The position numbers and the translations under genes are program-made. Of a stretch of 64,000 bases of DNA, positions 36,892 through 49,491 are shown piece by piece. This DNA is from Podarcis vaucheri. Its lineage: Eukaryota. Location of the stretch: NCBI GenBank assembly GCA_965113315.1, contig OZ220367.1; one strand, 5' to 3'. The notes beneath the pieces are model-generated. The model saw only the letters and a list, made by a program, of their open reading frames with translations, made no database searches and was not told the origin of the DNA. Positions within the stretch are counted from its first letter, which is position 1. Each line of letters opens with the position of its first letter.

Positions 36892-39800
36892 ACAGATCCC
36901 AGAAGGTTAGTTATGAAGGAATATGGTGTTTGCACATAAAAAGGTTTCCCACCCCTTTCTTATAGAAACATTATTTTTTTTGGGGGGGGGGTTCAATATT
37001 AACATATGATGTGTTTGTGAAACAACTAAGACAGAGAAAAACATTTTTATTATAATTACAAAAAAAACCAAAACCATAAAGGCTTTTCATTCACAGAATG
37101 GCTTATTTATAGATGCCAGAGTGATTCATTAGCTCGGCAAACGTGGACCATGAGAACTACAGCAGAACTGTAACCCGGTTTTTAAAAGTGCAGCTTTTCA
37201 AAGGTTTTGATTCTCACCTCAGGGAATCAACTACGAACAATGTACAATTTTTTTTAACGAGTTCTTCTTATTTTTATGTCACAAAGCATTAATTGACCAC
37301 AACTGATAAATATTTGGTGAACTTTTGATGATTTGATTTTCCCCATCAATGCCTGCAAAACTGATAATTATATCAGAAACTTTTCATTCGGCAGTCTTTG
37401 TTCTGCCTACAATCTAAGGGCAAGATCAACCTCTGACCCATATACATGGAGGGCAGGCACAGCATGTGTAAAAGACTGTGGGCAAGAACCAAGGCAATTT
37501 TTAAATATTGTATAGCACAAAGCACATCTATAGGTGATTTAAAAACAGCAAATTATAGTGACAACCACCACCAGAAAACCAGCTTTGGAATGCTTCAATA
37601 TTGCTGCGCAGGTACTAAACTGAAGGAGGTCAAGGATTAAACATTTGTGTACTGTATAAAGCTGGCCAAATACATAGTAGCCTGTATGTTTCATGCTGCA
37701 TAATTCCAAGCAAACTAGAACAATCCATGGATAAATCTATCAAAGCAAAGAGATAATGTCTTGACAGAATGTGTACTGACAACCTGAACAATCAACATGC
37801 TTTGGCCCTAAAAATAGCAGGATAGCTGGATTCATGTATAGGATGGGCATATAGACCTTCCTCCATTGATTAGCATGATTAGCATGCTGAGGGTGGATGG
37901 ATTGCGTATCATGTTGGGTGTGTCTGTGTGTGATTGTGTTTGTCTGAATTAACAACTGGGCTATATATGGCTCCATAATAGTTGAGCATGGCACTGATCA
38001 TCCTGTGTTTGGAAGGTTCGCAATGTTACCTCAGCTACGATTTGTGCCTAAATTTGGAGCAAGCAGCTTCACTTGTTGGTCTGCTTCACTCAGTGATCAA
38101 TCTACCACCTTTATATTAGCTTTTTAATGTTAAAATTGTCATTTCCCCACTAGTTTTGAGCACATATTAGAATGACAAGCTTGATGTTATTCCTCTCTTT
38201 TAAATACACTACAGGGTGTTGCACTCACATAATGTATTGGTGTATTTATAGGAAACTGTTTCTGGCAGTGATCAGGTAATAGTTTTTGACTGAATTGATT
38301 ATTCACTGACAGTACTCAACTTAGCCTTGCAAATGCATCAACTATGTAATAAGGAACTATTAAGACCATTGATTTTCTGATTTCAATTGATAGCTAACAG
38401 GCCAAAGCTACACATCAATATTTGCGTAACTAATACCCAAGAGCTAACAATTTTGACAAATGAAAACCTCAATAGGCCAAACAGTGCAAATAAATGGAAA
38501 TTTAAAGCCTAACCCTCAGAAATTTAAATGAGGTACTTATATTCACGATACATATTAGTCTACAGGTATCTCATGATGACATGAGTTAAGGGAATAGGCA
38601 CATACATACATTTATTTTTAATCTAAAAGACAATATATAAAAAATGTAGGGGGGCCTAAGAAGTCCATTTACTGCTCATAGCATCCAACCCATAACGTTT
38701 GAAGCCTTATGTAGAGATGTGCTGCAGTATTATTAAAAATAATCATCTTCCAGGTAATTATAAAATATTTAAAGCCTTCTCTAACAACCATGAATTTAAA
38801 TGAAACCCATAACTTGCCCAAGGTATTGCTGACCATCTGTTTATATAATTCACCTAAATGTTGAAGATGAGTTTAAGCTACTTATTCATGCACTTTAAGC
38901 ACGTGGGATCTTATTTCCATAATTAATTACCTTGGGCTCCATTTATTAGAAATTCCATTGTGTTGCGATAATGACACAAGGAAGACAAATATGCCAGAAA
39001 TATGCCAGAAAGCACATACAGTGGTATATCTAACTTGGGAGGACAAGGGCTGTATTAGAAATGTTCATGATCCCAATAATCAGAGGTTCCAGACAGTTCT
39101 CTGAAGCCAACTGGCAATAAAGCAGCTGTAGAACATCTGTAGACTCTTAAGGAAGGTCTTTCGGCCTGAAAAGCCCTTTAAAGCATATCAAACTAATAAT
39201 ATGGATTTATGTTTTCATCTTGTGAGGTAGCTGCGGGTGCCCCTTGCAGTTTCTGCTAATCGTCAAGGATAACAGTGTTTTAACACAAAATCTCCTTCAC
39301 AGCCCATTTTCTTCAGTTTTGAACTTGCAATCAAGCCAATGCTAAATTGGTAAGACCGCAGTCCTTCCAAAGCCAGATGTAATTTCACAAACAGATTTAT
39401 GACTTTGCTGCATTAGGTCTGTGAAGAAAATGTTGTAAATAATGCAACTCTGAAATCATATCCTTTCAAACTGACAGCTATTACTTCAGATTTTCTGAAG
39501 CTCTGTATTTAAGGCCCGCTACTGCTAAACCCTTAGTTTGTGACCATCAGCAGGATTGTAAAATAAGACCATTTGGCAGCTGATCAAGAACAAAGAACTA
39601 CTAAGACATGCTTCTCTGCCTCCTTTGCTGGCAGGAAGATGCACCCCCCCCCCCGGCAATGTAAGACTGGCTGTAACCTTTAGTCAAAAACAGGTTTATG
39701 TTAAGTCACACTTTGATAGTAGAGACAATGTTTTAACATAGAATATATAGATAATCAAATAAATTACAAACGGATCAAGGGAAAGTAGGAGAGAAAAGAT

Positions 39801-42800
39801 ATGTGGACTGGGTGCAATTCTCCTCTCATGTCAATCAATGCAGACCCAATGCATTCCTTCATTTCCAGTAATATCTAATAGTAGAAGAGCCCTCCTGGAT
39901 CAGGCCACCCAGATCAGGTCATCCTCTTCTTACTGTGGTCAAACAGATGCTTATGGGAAGCATGCAAGCAGGACTTTGCCGTTCCTAGCAACTGGTATTC
40001 AGGAACATACTGCCTCCAACAGTGGAGGCAGATTATAACCATCATGGCTACTAGCCACTACTAGCCTTATCCTAAGGCTACATGGTGGCAGGAGAATCTC
40101 TACAACTGCAGGGAAATGGCCTTCACAAAGAGGAACATTTTTTTGTTAAGCTAGCCGGCTACTCTGCAATGGTAGGTACATGCAATGTACAGCCTGCCCC
40201 TGACCTTTACTGATCAATAGAGCCCAATATTAAGGACACTTCTCATTTTTATAACCGTTAAAATGAAAACAGCGTTTAACAAATAGCAGAGGTTTCTTGA
40301 CATATTGCCATTCCAGAGTTGCTCTTTTCTCTCTTTCTTCTTTCTCAGAACTTCAGCTTCACAATATTATTATACAAGCAATCTCACATCTGGATATATT
40401 AGAAAAACACAAACCTATAAAAAATAGAGGAAGAATAAGGTCTTACTGGCAAAACCCTATCGTTGGTGATTAAAATATAAGCACGTTTTAATGCCTCACA
40501 AAAAACGTCCGTGATTTTTATAATGATGAAATTGCAGTTGGTGAATTATTTATGTCAGATCAGCACTTATTAAAATTTGTCCCTTTGACTTGTCTAATAT
40601 TCCAAATAGTTAAACAAGCCATGATCAAGCAGCAGCACCAGGAGCCAATACATTAAAGATTGCAGTCTCTGCTCCTTTCTCACATCTGAAGAAAATTTGA
40701 CTTTTCAGCTTTTCCTTCCAATCCAACCTCAACCATTCTGTGGTCATTATACTAAAAATAAATAAAATAAAACTGGTGGTCTACCATTTTGGCAAGTCTA
40801 TCACAAGTCAAGTAATATGAAAGTACCACTCTAGAAACTGTTGCACAAGTACCGCAATGCACTCGGCAAAGTGTACAACAAGTAGTGTTTAACGATATCT
40901 GCACAACAAAAGGAAACAGAAATAAATTGTTCCATTTGAACCAATCCAATACACATTCTTAAATGAACCAGTCCTTTATTGATTCCATCTCTCCCCCAAT
41001 TTTACAGCTGGAGAACTGAGACAGATAAGTAACTTAGCATATTCATGGCAAATAAAAAATTAAAAATTCAAGCACACCACAAACAACTTACAACAGAAAT
41101 ATTAGACCTCAGATTAGTTACTTGCATACTTATGTGTTGAGATGGAGATACTGATCTGTATCAGTTAGGAAACATCCTGTGAAATTTCACAGATGTGGTG
41201 GTTATTTTGGGAGCAAGGACAATTCCAGATACTCCTCAACAATCAACTTGCTAACTTCTCTCCCCAATCAGTTCCCAGCCCATGCTACCATACAAAGGGC
41301 CTCAAGTTCTTGCCTACAAGATATTTCTTTCTATTCTTGATGAGCTCCTGCTAACTGAACCTAACATCCAAAACACCATTAAAGAAAAACCATTTGACTC
41401 TATCCAAACATCTTCAACTTGGCAATACTACATAGCTGAGAAGGCTAGGTAAAATGAAAGGAAGTTCTGAAAGGCAGAGAAAGGGTGAGCAAGGAGGGGA
41501 AGGAAACTATGAAATGTCAATCATTCTTCTAACTACTATATGAAAGGCAAAATTTAAAGTACACAAGAATATTCAGTCTAATTAGCAGCAGGTCAAGGTG
41601 AAGACGAAGAGCTTGCAGGAAGGGATCAGTTTATTTTATTTTTTGTTGAAGAAGAAATCTTAAAATATAAAAACTGAAAACAGGTGAAGATTTTTGTTTA
41701 CATATTGCCATGCAATTTTTGGCGGCCATAATCCATAGTTAACCACAAACAACAGTTGCCACAGAATAACAATAAGACTTGACCAATATTAGCAGCATTT
41801 CTTAAGGTATTTCAATTTTTTGGGTGCATCTGTGTTCTATATGTTGCTTTATATTAAGCTGAATATCTCAAATAATGTACACCATATTAATTAATCCATT
41901 TGTCATAAAATTACAATAAAAGATGAAACATACGTAAAAGGAGATCACAGTATGTACCAGATGTTACAAATTCTCAAGACACTGGAAATTCAACACCAGG
42001 TGGTTATGTCGGCCTAATGAAGCAACATCTCTACTCTCCAGGGACATGAAGGGTGCAGTTGGAGGCTCTCAGATATTGCTTAAAATATGCCATTTGTTAG
42101 GCATTAATTGAACAGTTTGAAATCCTGCTTTTTGTATAGTGGAGCCATATACGTGTTTAATTTACACAATATCATATGGAAATTTCTGCTGAGTGTTTGA
42201 GCCTGCTTTCATTCAAGTTAGATACTTTTGTTACTTGAGCTTACAGTTGATCAACCGATTTTGATTAATGAAGCAATAACTTAACCATATGTTATCTAAA
42301 ATTAAAATTGAATTTCTTGCAGAATATATATATACTATGTGTTAAAGGCCACACAGCCAGAGTTCAGGTCACTGCCATAACAATAAACTTCAATAAAATT
42401 AGCGGAACATAAAGTGCGACCTTTGGCAATCTCTAATGAACTTAAGGGCATCTAAATATATTTTCTTATCATTGAGTACTGCACTCTAAGTTATTACAGC
42501 TATGTGTGCCACGTGGTATGACCTCATGCAATTGAATCCTCCTGTAGCAAGTTATGCCTAGTTTTCAATGCGAATTAAACTAGGGAATAATATGAGAAGT
42601 AACCATCAGAAGAGTAAAGTAAAATGATTCCCATACCTTGCTAAATTTAAATCTAAATCAGGGAAGCATATATGGTGCCCCCCATGTGATGCGGGACTAC
42701 AATTTCCATCACCTGTGACCATTGGCTATTCTGGCTGGGGCTGATGGGAGTTGTAATCCAACAACATGTGCAATGTCTGCCTCTGATCTAGATATTGTTA

Positions 42801-43213
42801 AGAGTGAACATCATCTCAAAAGTAGTTTCCAAAAGTGAAAATACAAGGTAGTAGATGCAAGACAAAGCAGGGCCAGTGCTCCTCAGTTTCTTCCACTTTT
42901 CTTTGGTGGAAACAAATACAGGAGAAGCTAGATAACAATTTAAATTCACAGAGCTCAATTAAAGGGCTCTGTGAAGCTCTTTAATTGCACATCCTTCCAG
43001 TGGCCCCAGACCAGCAATCCTCAGATGCAGATCCTTCCACAACAGTAGTCCTGAGAAGGAGTTGGAGCCACCCCCAACCTTTCCTCTGTGAAACTGCTGG
43101 CACATCTCATGTGCTGAACCTTGAGGAGATCCTCCTGCCACTGGACTCTTGATGACCAGACCACAGACTCCTTGGAGGGATCAGGAGACCCCCCCCCAAG
43201 CCTTCCTCTAGGG

Positions 43214-43505
43214 CATGGGTAGGCTAACTAAGGCTCGGGGGCCAAATTCGGCCCAATCGCCTTCTAAATCTAGCCTGCGGGCAGTTCAGTGTCCTTTTAT
43301 TTAAAATGCACCTCTGGGTTATTTGTGGGGCCTGCCTGGTGTTTTTACATGAGTAGAATGTGTGCTTTTATTTAAAATGCATATCTGGGTTATTTGTGTG
43401 GCATAGGAATTCGTTCCCCCCCCCCCTTCAAAATATAGTCCGGCCCCCCACAAGGTCTGAGGGACAGTGGACCGGCCCCCGGCTAAAAAAGTTTGCTGAC
43501 CCCTG
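43214..43505. mobile_element. Non-autonomous hAT (Charlie-like) element
   Basis: Ends CATGGGTAGGC... / ...TTTGCTGACCCCTG; 8-bp TSD CTCTAGGG/CTCTGGGG; right end shared with the hAT at 45371-47039. Confidence 0.75.
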
Positions 43506-45370
43506 CTCTGGGGAGTCCTCACAGCTTGAAACTCCAGTCTAGAGGAACATACCAGTCCTTTAACAGTCTAAGTGCAGCATAAAGCAGACAGGCTGCCATC
43601 TCTTCCAGTTGCTCTAAGAAACCACTGTGTAACTCCTGCCTTAGCTAATCTTGGTCATTATCCTCGCTTTGCCTACCCTAGTCATCTGTTACCTTCCCTT
43701 CTGGTTCCTGGCCTACTGATTTCCACCTTGTTTGGGTTATCACCTTCCTTTGGTGGTGGACATCACTATGGATCAGGACATCATGTGGCTCAGTCCCTTT
43801 GCCCATGAGCGTGACATGAGATCTGTTGATGCTTCATCTTGACTCATCATACAGAAGCTTAATAAAACATGCAAGGCAAGTTAAAGAAGCATTCACTCAA
43901 TCCACGTGCTGCAGAGCATAATGCAAACTGACCTTGAATGTGCACCATCCAGCAATTTGCAGGGAATAGTGATTCAGATGTGTTAAATAAAAGGAAATTT
44001 CTAACTGTTGTCCTTAATGTAATATGCTGAGTGTCCTTGTCCTGAGTTCTGTAAGTAGCAGTACGTGATCAGTTATTTAGCACAAAATTACCAGGACAGA
44101 AATGATATATTGTATACCTATATTCAGACCTTCCTAAGAAGCCTGTAGATTATCCGAAAGAGAACGTCCTTTTGAAGTAACAAAAGTATTTCAAGTGAAA
44201 GTTAAAGATTATTTAATGTTAGTGAAGAGTGGGTAAAATCCTTTAACTTATGGACTGAAGGAAGGAACAAGAAAAAAGTCAGAGCTATGAGATCACATTT
44301 AGCGGAAGTTACTGCATGAATATTGGTAAATAGTCTATAACACAAGCTACTCTCCCTTTCTTACACACGTTGCTCCTAATAATATCTGTACCAAACAAAC
44401 TTAAAATTAATGCAGTTTCTATATTCAACACATCCTGTAGAGTCTCTTAGCGAGCATGAACTAGATGGACCAAGAAACAAAAGATAAGTACAGTGGTACC
44501 TTGGGTTACGAACAGCCTAGTTAATGAACTATTTGGATCACGAACACTTCATCCCTGGAAATGAGTATTCCGATTTGCGTATTATTTTTTTGGAAAGCGA
44601 ATTTGTGGGCTCTGGCTGTGGGAGGCCTTGGTAGGCTGTGCCGTGGCCCGGAACTAGGCCCCAGCACCTGTGTGGACTTGATTCAGCCTCCGCTGCCGGG
44701 CTCTCACCGCGGGAGGCCTCAGTAGGCCACCCCACGTCCCAGAGCTAGACCGCGCAACCCGTGAAGCCTGGAGTCGGTCCCCGCTGTCGGGGGAAGAAGA
44801 CACCAGCCACAGGAGGCCTAGCAGGCCACACCGCGGCCCTCATCCCGCCCCCAAAGCCGCGGAAGCAGTGCCGGCCATAGGGGGCCCAGCAGGCCACACC
44901 GTAGCTCCAAACCCCGACGAGGAACACTTACCTAACCAAGACCAAGAGCGAAGTCCAGCGGTGAACCTGGTAAGAAAACAAAGTGAGCCTGGGCCGAAAA
45001 GCATCAGCCCTTTACTGGCCCTGGCCCCACCCCCAGCTGGTAGCAAGGTGAGTGGCACCTGGCCAGGTAAGTCCACCCACCCTGTGGGAGGGGGTGAGGG
45101 GAAAATTTTGGGATTCTGCTTTGTTCCATTGTTTTTGGGAGTCTGCCTTGTGCCTTTGTCTCTGCTTTGCTCCTTCGTTTTGGGGACTTTTGGGGAACTC
45201 TGCCTTGTGCCATTGTTTGGGGGACTGTGTGGAACCCAGTTCAGCTAACTTATTGATTGACTGTGGGACTGCTGACATGGATAAAATTAGCAAAAGGAAG
45301 AGAACCATGATAACTCTAAGAGGTAAAGAAGCAAATTATTTCTAAGCATGAAAGTGGGGTCCGTGTAAGT

Positions 45371-47039
45371 CAGGGGTTGGCAAACTACGGCTCCCGGGCC
45401 GGATCAGGTCGGCTGAGTCCTAGATCCGGCCCGCCCGGCCATTTAAGAACCCGCCACAAAGCCGAGACTCCTGGCGATGGCGACGGGTGGAAGAAGCCGA
45501 AACACCATGCCTGATTTAGTACCTCAGTGTGGCACGGGGATGTCTCTGCTAATCAAACGCCTCACCTGGTTTACCTCAGCGACGTTTGATTGGCAGAGAC
45601 GTCCCCATGCTGCACTGAGGTAAACCAGGTGCAGTGTTTGATTGCCAGTCCCGCCGCTGCTCGGCCTCTTCCTCCTGTTGCCTGCGGAAGCTCCGTCCGG
45701 GCAGTCAAGCTGGCTTCCGGCGGTGGCGCTGCGGCCGCCATGCAGTCCTGCGTCATGATGGGCCGCTCCAATGACAAGAAAAGGTGCAGGTCTGGGTGGC
45801 ACCACTCAACTCGTTCACATGTCCCCCACTCCTTGTTTCAGGTAGAGGGCCAAGCTGCCTTTGCTTGCTTACTCACCCTGATATCATTAATATTATTAGT
45901 ATTAGTATTTGTATTGTTTTGTGCCCCCAGAAGCTGAGCGTGCGCACAGAGTTAGATGGTGGAAGGACAAAAATCCCCTTCCCCCTCTTTCTCTCTGCTT
46001 TCCCACCAGCCTTTCTCCTCTTGTTCTCCCTCCAAGTCAGGCCATTGGGGAAATAATACAGTGGTGCCTCGCAAGACGAAAAGAATCTGTTCTGTGATTC
46101 TCTTCGTCTAGCGGTTTTTTCGTCTTGCAAAGCAAGCCCATTGACGGATTAGCGGATTGGCGCTATTAGCGGCTTTTAGCGGCTTATCAGATCAGCTGAT
46201 AAGCGTCTTAGCGGCTTAGAAAAAGGGGGGAAAGGGGGAAAAAACCCGCAGGAACTCGCAAGACATTTTTGTCTTGCGAAGCAAGCCCATAGGAGATTCG
46301 TTTTGCGAAGCACCTCCAAAACGGAAAACTCTTTCGTCTAGCGAGTTTTCCGTCTTGCGAGGCATTCGTCTTGCGGGGCACCACTGTAGTAGTAATAATA
46401 ATAATCTTCTCCCGCCGCTCCAGCTGCCCTGGTGCGCCTATGGGCCAGAGAGCGGAGCGGACGAGCTCACTCTGCCTACCCGCTTCACAAGAAGAAGCAG
46501 TGGTGGTGGTGGTGGCGGCTGTGGCAGCTCTTTCTCTAGGCGGGGAGGAAGCCCGTTTCGCGGCGGCACCGCCAGGCCTTTGGCGAATGAGGCAGGTGGC
46601 AAACCGAGGAGGCGGCTGGGGCTGGGTGGAGAGGACTCCTTGCCCCCCTCGCCTCTTCTTCCAGCTCCCTCCTGGTGCCGCTTCTCCAGAGCTGCCATCC
46701 CTCCTTTGCCTCGGCCATTGTCTGCATACTTAACTTGCCACCATTTTCTCTGTGGGGTGATTGTGGGTCTTGGTGTGTGTGTGTGTGTTTTGGGGGGTGG
46801 CGGGAGGATGAGCAGCGTGATGGTGGGCGAGCTAGTCTGTTGAGGAGCCTTGCCCACCCCAATTTAATGCACACTATTTTGTTTTGTTTTATTTTATTAC
46901 GCCTGCCCTTCCCTCGCCCCATTCTTCCCAGTGTGCATAGGAATTTGTTCATTTCCCCCCAAAAAATATAATCCAGCCCCCCAACAAGGTCTGAGGGACA
47001 GTGGACCGCCCCCCTGCTGAAAACATTTGCTGACCCCTG
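45371..47039. mobile_element. Non-autonomous hAT element inserted into the Tigger transposase
   Basis: TIRs CAGGGGTTGGCAAA / TTTGCTGACCCCTG; perfect 8-bp TSD GTGTAAGT at 45363-45370 and 47040-47047. Confidence 0.88.
46059..46386. mobile_element. Tigger-type MITE nested in the hAT element
   Basis: TA|CAGTGGTGCCTCGCAAGACGAA ... TTCGTCTTGCGGGGCACCACTG|TA; near-identical inverted copy at 61880-62204. Confidence 0.9.
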
Positions 47040-49491
47040 GTGTAAGTGATCTGGCAACGAAGTTTGGTATGGCCAAATATACAATTTGTACCATCTTAAA
47101 AAATAAGGATGCCATTAAGGGGGCCAGTGTTGCAAAAGGTGTTAAAACACTCACAAAGCAACGAACACAGACAATGGAAGAAATGGAAAAACTGCTTTTA
47201 ATATGGATAACCGAAAAACAGTTGGCCGGTGACAGCATTTCTGAAAGCACAATTTGTGAAAAAGCTTTACATTTGCATGCCGACTCATCGCAAATGCCCC
47301 TGTAGCAAGTGCTGAGGTTGAGAGTTTCAAGGTAAGCAGAGGGTGGTTTGAAAATTTTAAGAGAACTGGCATCCACAGTGTTGTGAGACATGGTGAAGCT
47401 GCCAGTGCCAACAAATTAGATGCTGACCAATTTGTTTTGGAATTTAAAGATTATGTTGAGTCACAGGGCTTCGTTCCCCAACAAGTTTTCAACTGTGATG
47501 AGACAGGCCTCTTTTGGAAGAAAATGCCAAAGAGGACCAACATCACAAAAGAGGAGAAAGCATAAGCCCATGAAAGATAGGCAAACCCTTTTATTTTGTG
47601 CAAATACAAGTGGAGATTTTAAGTTGAAGCCTTTGCTAGTCTACCATTCTGAGAGTCCCAGGATATTTAAGATGAACAATGTCATAAAAAGCAAACTGCA
47701 TGTGATGTGGAGGGCGAACAGCAGAGCTTGGGTAACAAGACAATTTTTTATTGAGTTTGGGCCAAGTGTGAAAAAATACCTCCAGGACAAAAATCTTCCA
47801 ATGAAGTGCCTGTTTCTTATGGATAATGCTCCAGGTCATCCTCCTTGGAGGATGAGTTGTTGGAAGAGTTTGCGTTCATCCGTGTAAAGTTTTTGCCCCT
47901 CAATGCAACTTCTCTCATCCAGCCCATGGACCAGCGGGTCATATCTAATTTTAAGAAGCTTTACACCAAAGCATTGTTCCAAAGCTGCTTTGAGGTGACC
48001 TTGGACACAGAGCTAACCTTAAGAGACTTCTGGAAGAATCATTTTAATATCCTCCATTGCTTACATATGATAGACAAAGGATGGAGAGAACACTGAAGGC
48101 AGCATGGAAGAAATTGTGGCCAGAAGCTGTCCCAGAACATGTAACAGAGGCTGTTGAAGAGGATGCTCTTCTTGTTGAGGATATTGTGTCTCTGGAAAAT
48201 TCCATGGGCTTGGAAGTGAGTGGTGCTGATGTGGAGGAGTTAGTGTAGGAGCACAGGACTGAGCTCACCACAGAAGAACTTCAAAACATTCTGATGGAGC
48301 AGCAAAAGGCGGCAACTGAGGAAATATCTTTGGAGGAGGAGGAGCAGAGAAAGTCTATCTACAGCAACAATCAAATAAATGTTTGCAAAATGGGCTGAAG
48401 TGCAAACTACTGCTGAAAAATATCACCCTGATAAAGCTGCTGTAAGTCATGCCACTAACACCTGCAATGTCTTACTTTAGACAAGTTTTTAAACATCGGC
48501 AAAAGCAAGTATCAATTCTTGGTAAGGAAAAGATCCAGTGAGTCTGAACCAGGGGGCAGTGGTGTAGGTGGCAGTGATGTAAAAAAAAGCAAGGGAAGGA
48601 ATGGCAGGAGAGGAGTCACCAATTGTGAATCTGGAAGAGGACCCCAACCCCCCATCCAAACAATGACTATCATCAGTGTAGGTAAGAAAGAAAAAAAATC
48701 ACATTTTCATTTTTTTAAATCATCAATACTGTTTTATTGATTGTACAATACAGTACATTGTTTATTGCTTTCATTTTATGGATCAATGGCCTCATTAGAT
48801 ATTAAAATTCATATTCAATTGCTGTTTTAGGGGTTGTTTTTCATCATCTGGAACGGATTAATCAGCTTTACATTACTTTGTGTGGGAAAGCACACCTTGG
48901 TTTAAGAACGCTTTGGTTTAAGAACCGGCTTCCGAAACGGATTAAGTTCGTAAACCAAGGTACCACTGTAATGAGGGTGCCAGGCGAGCCTCCCAGGGGA
49001 GAGCATTCCATAAGCTGAGAGCCATCACAGAAAAAGACCGTTTTTGTGTTTCCACCCTCCGGACCTCTCGTGTTGTCTATGCAGGAGAAGACTGTAAAAT
49101 TTTATGTAGGAAAGATACCTGAGTGAACACAATGCCTGGTTAATGCACCCAAAAAGTCTGATGCACTGCAATCTTGGGACCGTACCACTTCATAATGTGG
49201 AGGTTGGTTCAATACCCCCAAGTCAAAACCTTCCTGCTCAGGAAAGCTAGTTTATCAGGAAGAAGTGGTCTGGATGTGCCCTCATCCCAACATGCTACTT
49301 TGATTTATCAGAGAACACTGAGATATAGAATCTGCCCTCTGTGTTCTAAAAGGGAAAAATATCTACATTTTTTTTAGTAACTAAACAAATAGGACTAGCA
49401 GTGAAATTTATCTGTGTGGAAAGCTCCTGACCAAGGTCCTATCCAGCCATGCCCTCCTCTGGGATACGCCATTCTCCCTCCCCTCTGCTTT

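Larger units (their letters stand above)
44491..48968 (+). mobile_element. Full-length but decayed Tigger/pogo DNA transposon
   Basis: 23-bp TIRs CAGTGGTACCTTGG(G/T)TTACGAAC at 44491-44513 and 48946-48968 with TA on both sides. Transposase pieces: KRKRTMITL...KHESGVRVS|DLATKFGMAK.TICTILKNK (HTH), MEKLLLIWI (CENP-B HTH), FNCDETGLFWKKMP, LMDNAPGH and IQPMDQ (catalytic DDD); several frameshifts and stops. Confidence 0.92.

Noticed and set aside
46059-46386. CRISPR-like recurring TTCGTCTTGCG / TAGCGG motifs
   Set aside because: Internal repeats of a MITE in a vertebrate genome; no regular repeat-spacer structure.
47027-48740. Domesticated TIGD1-like gene
   Set aside because: Multiple frameshifts and stops, an insertion inside the HTH, and intact TIRs show that it is a decayed transposon.
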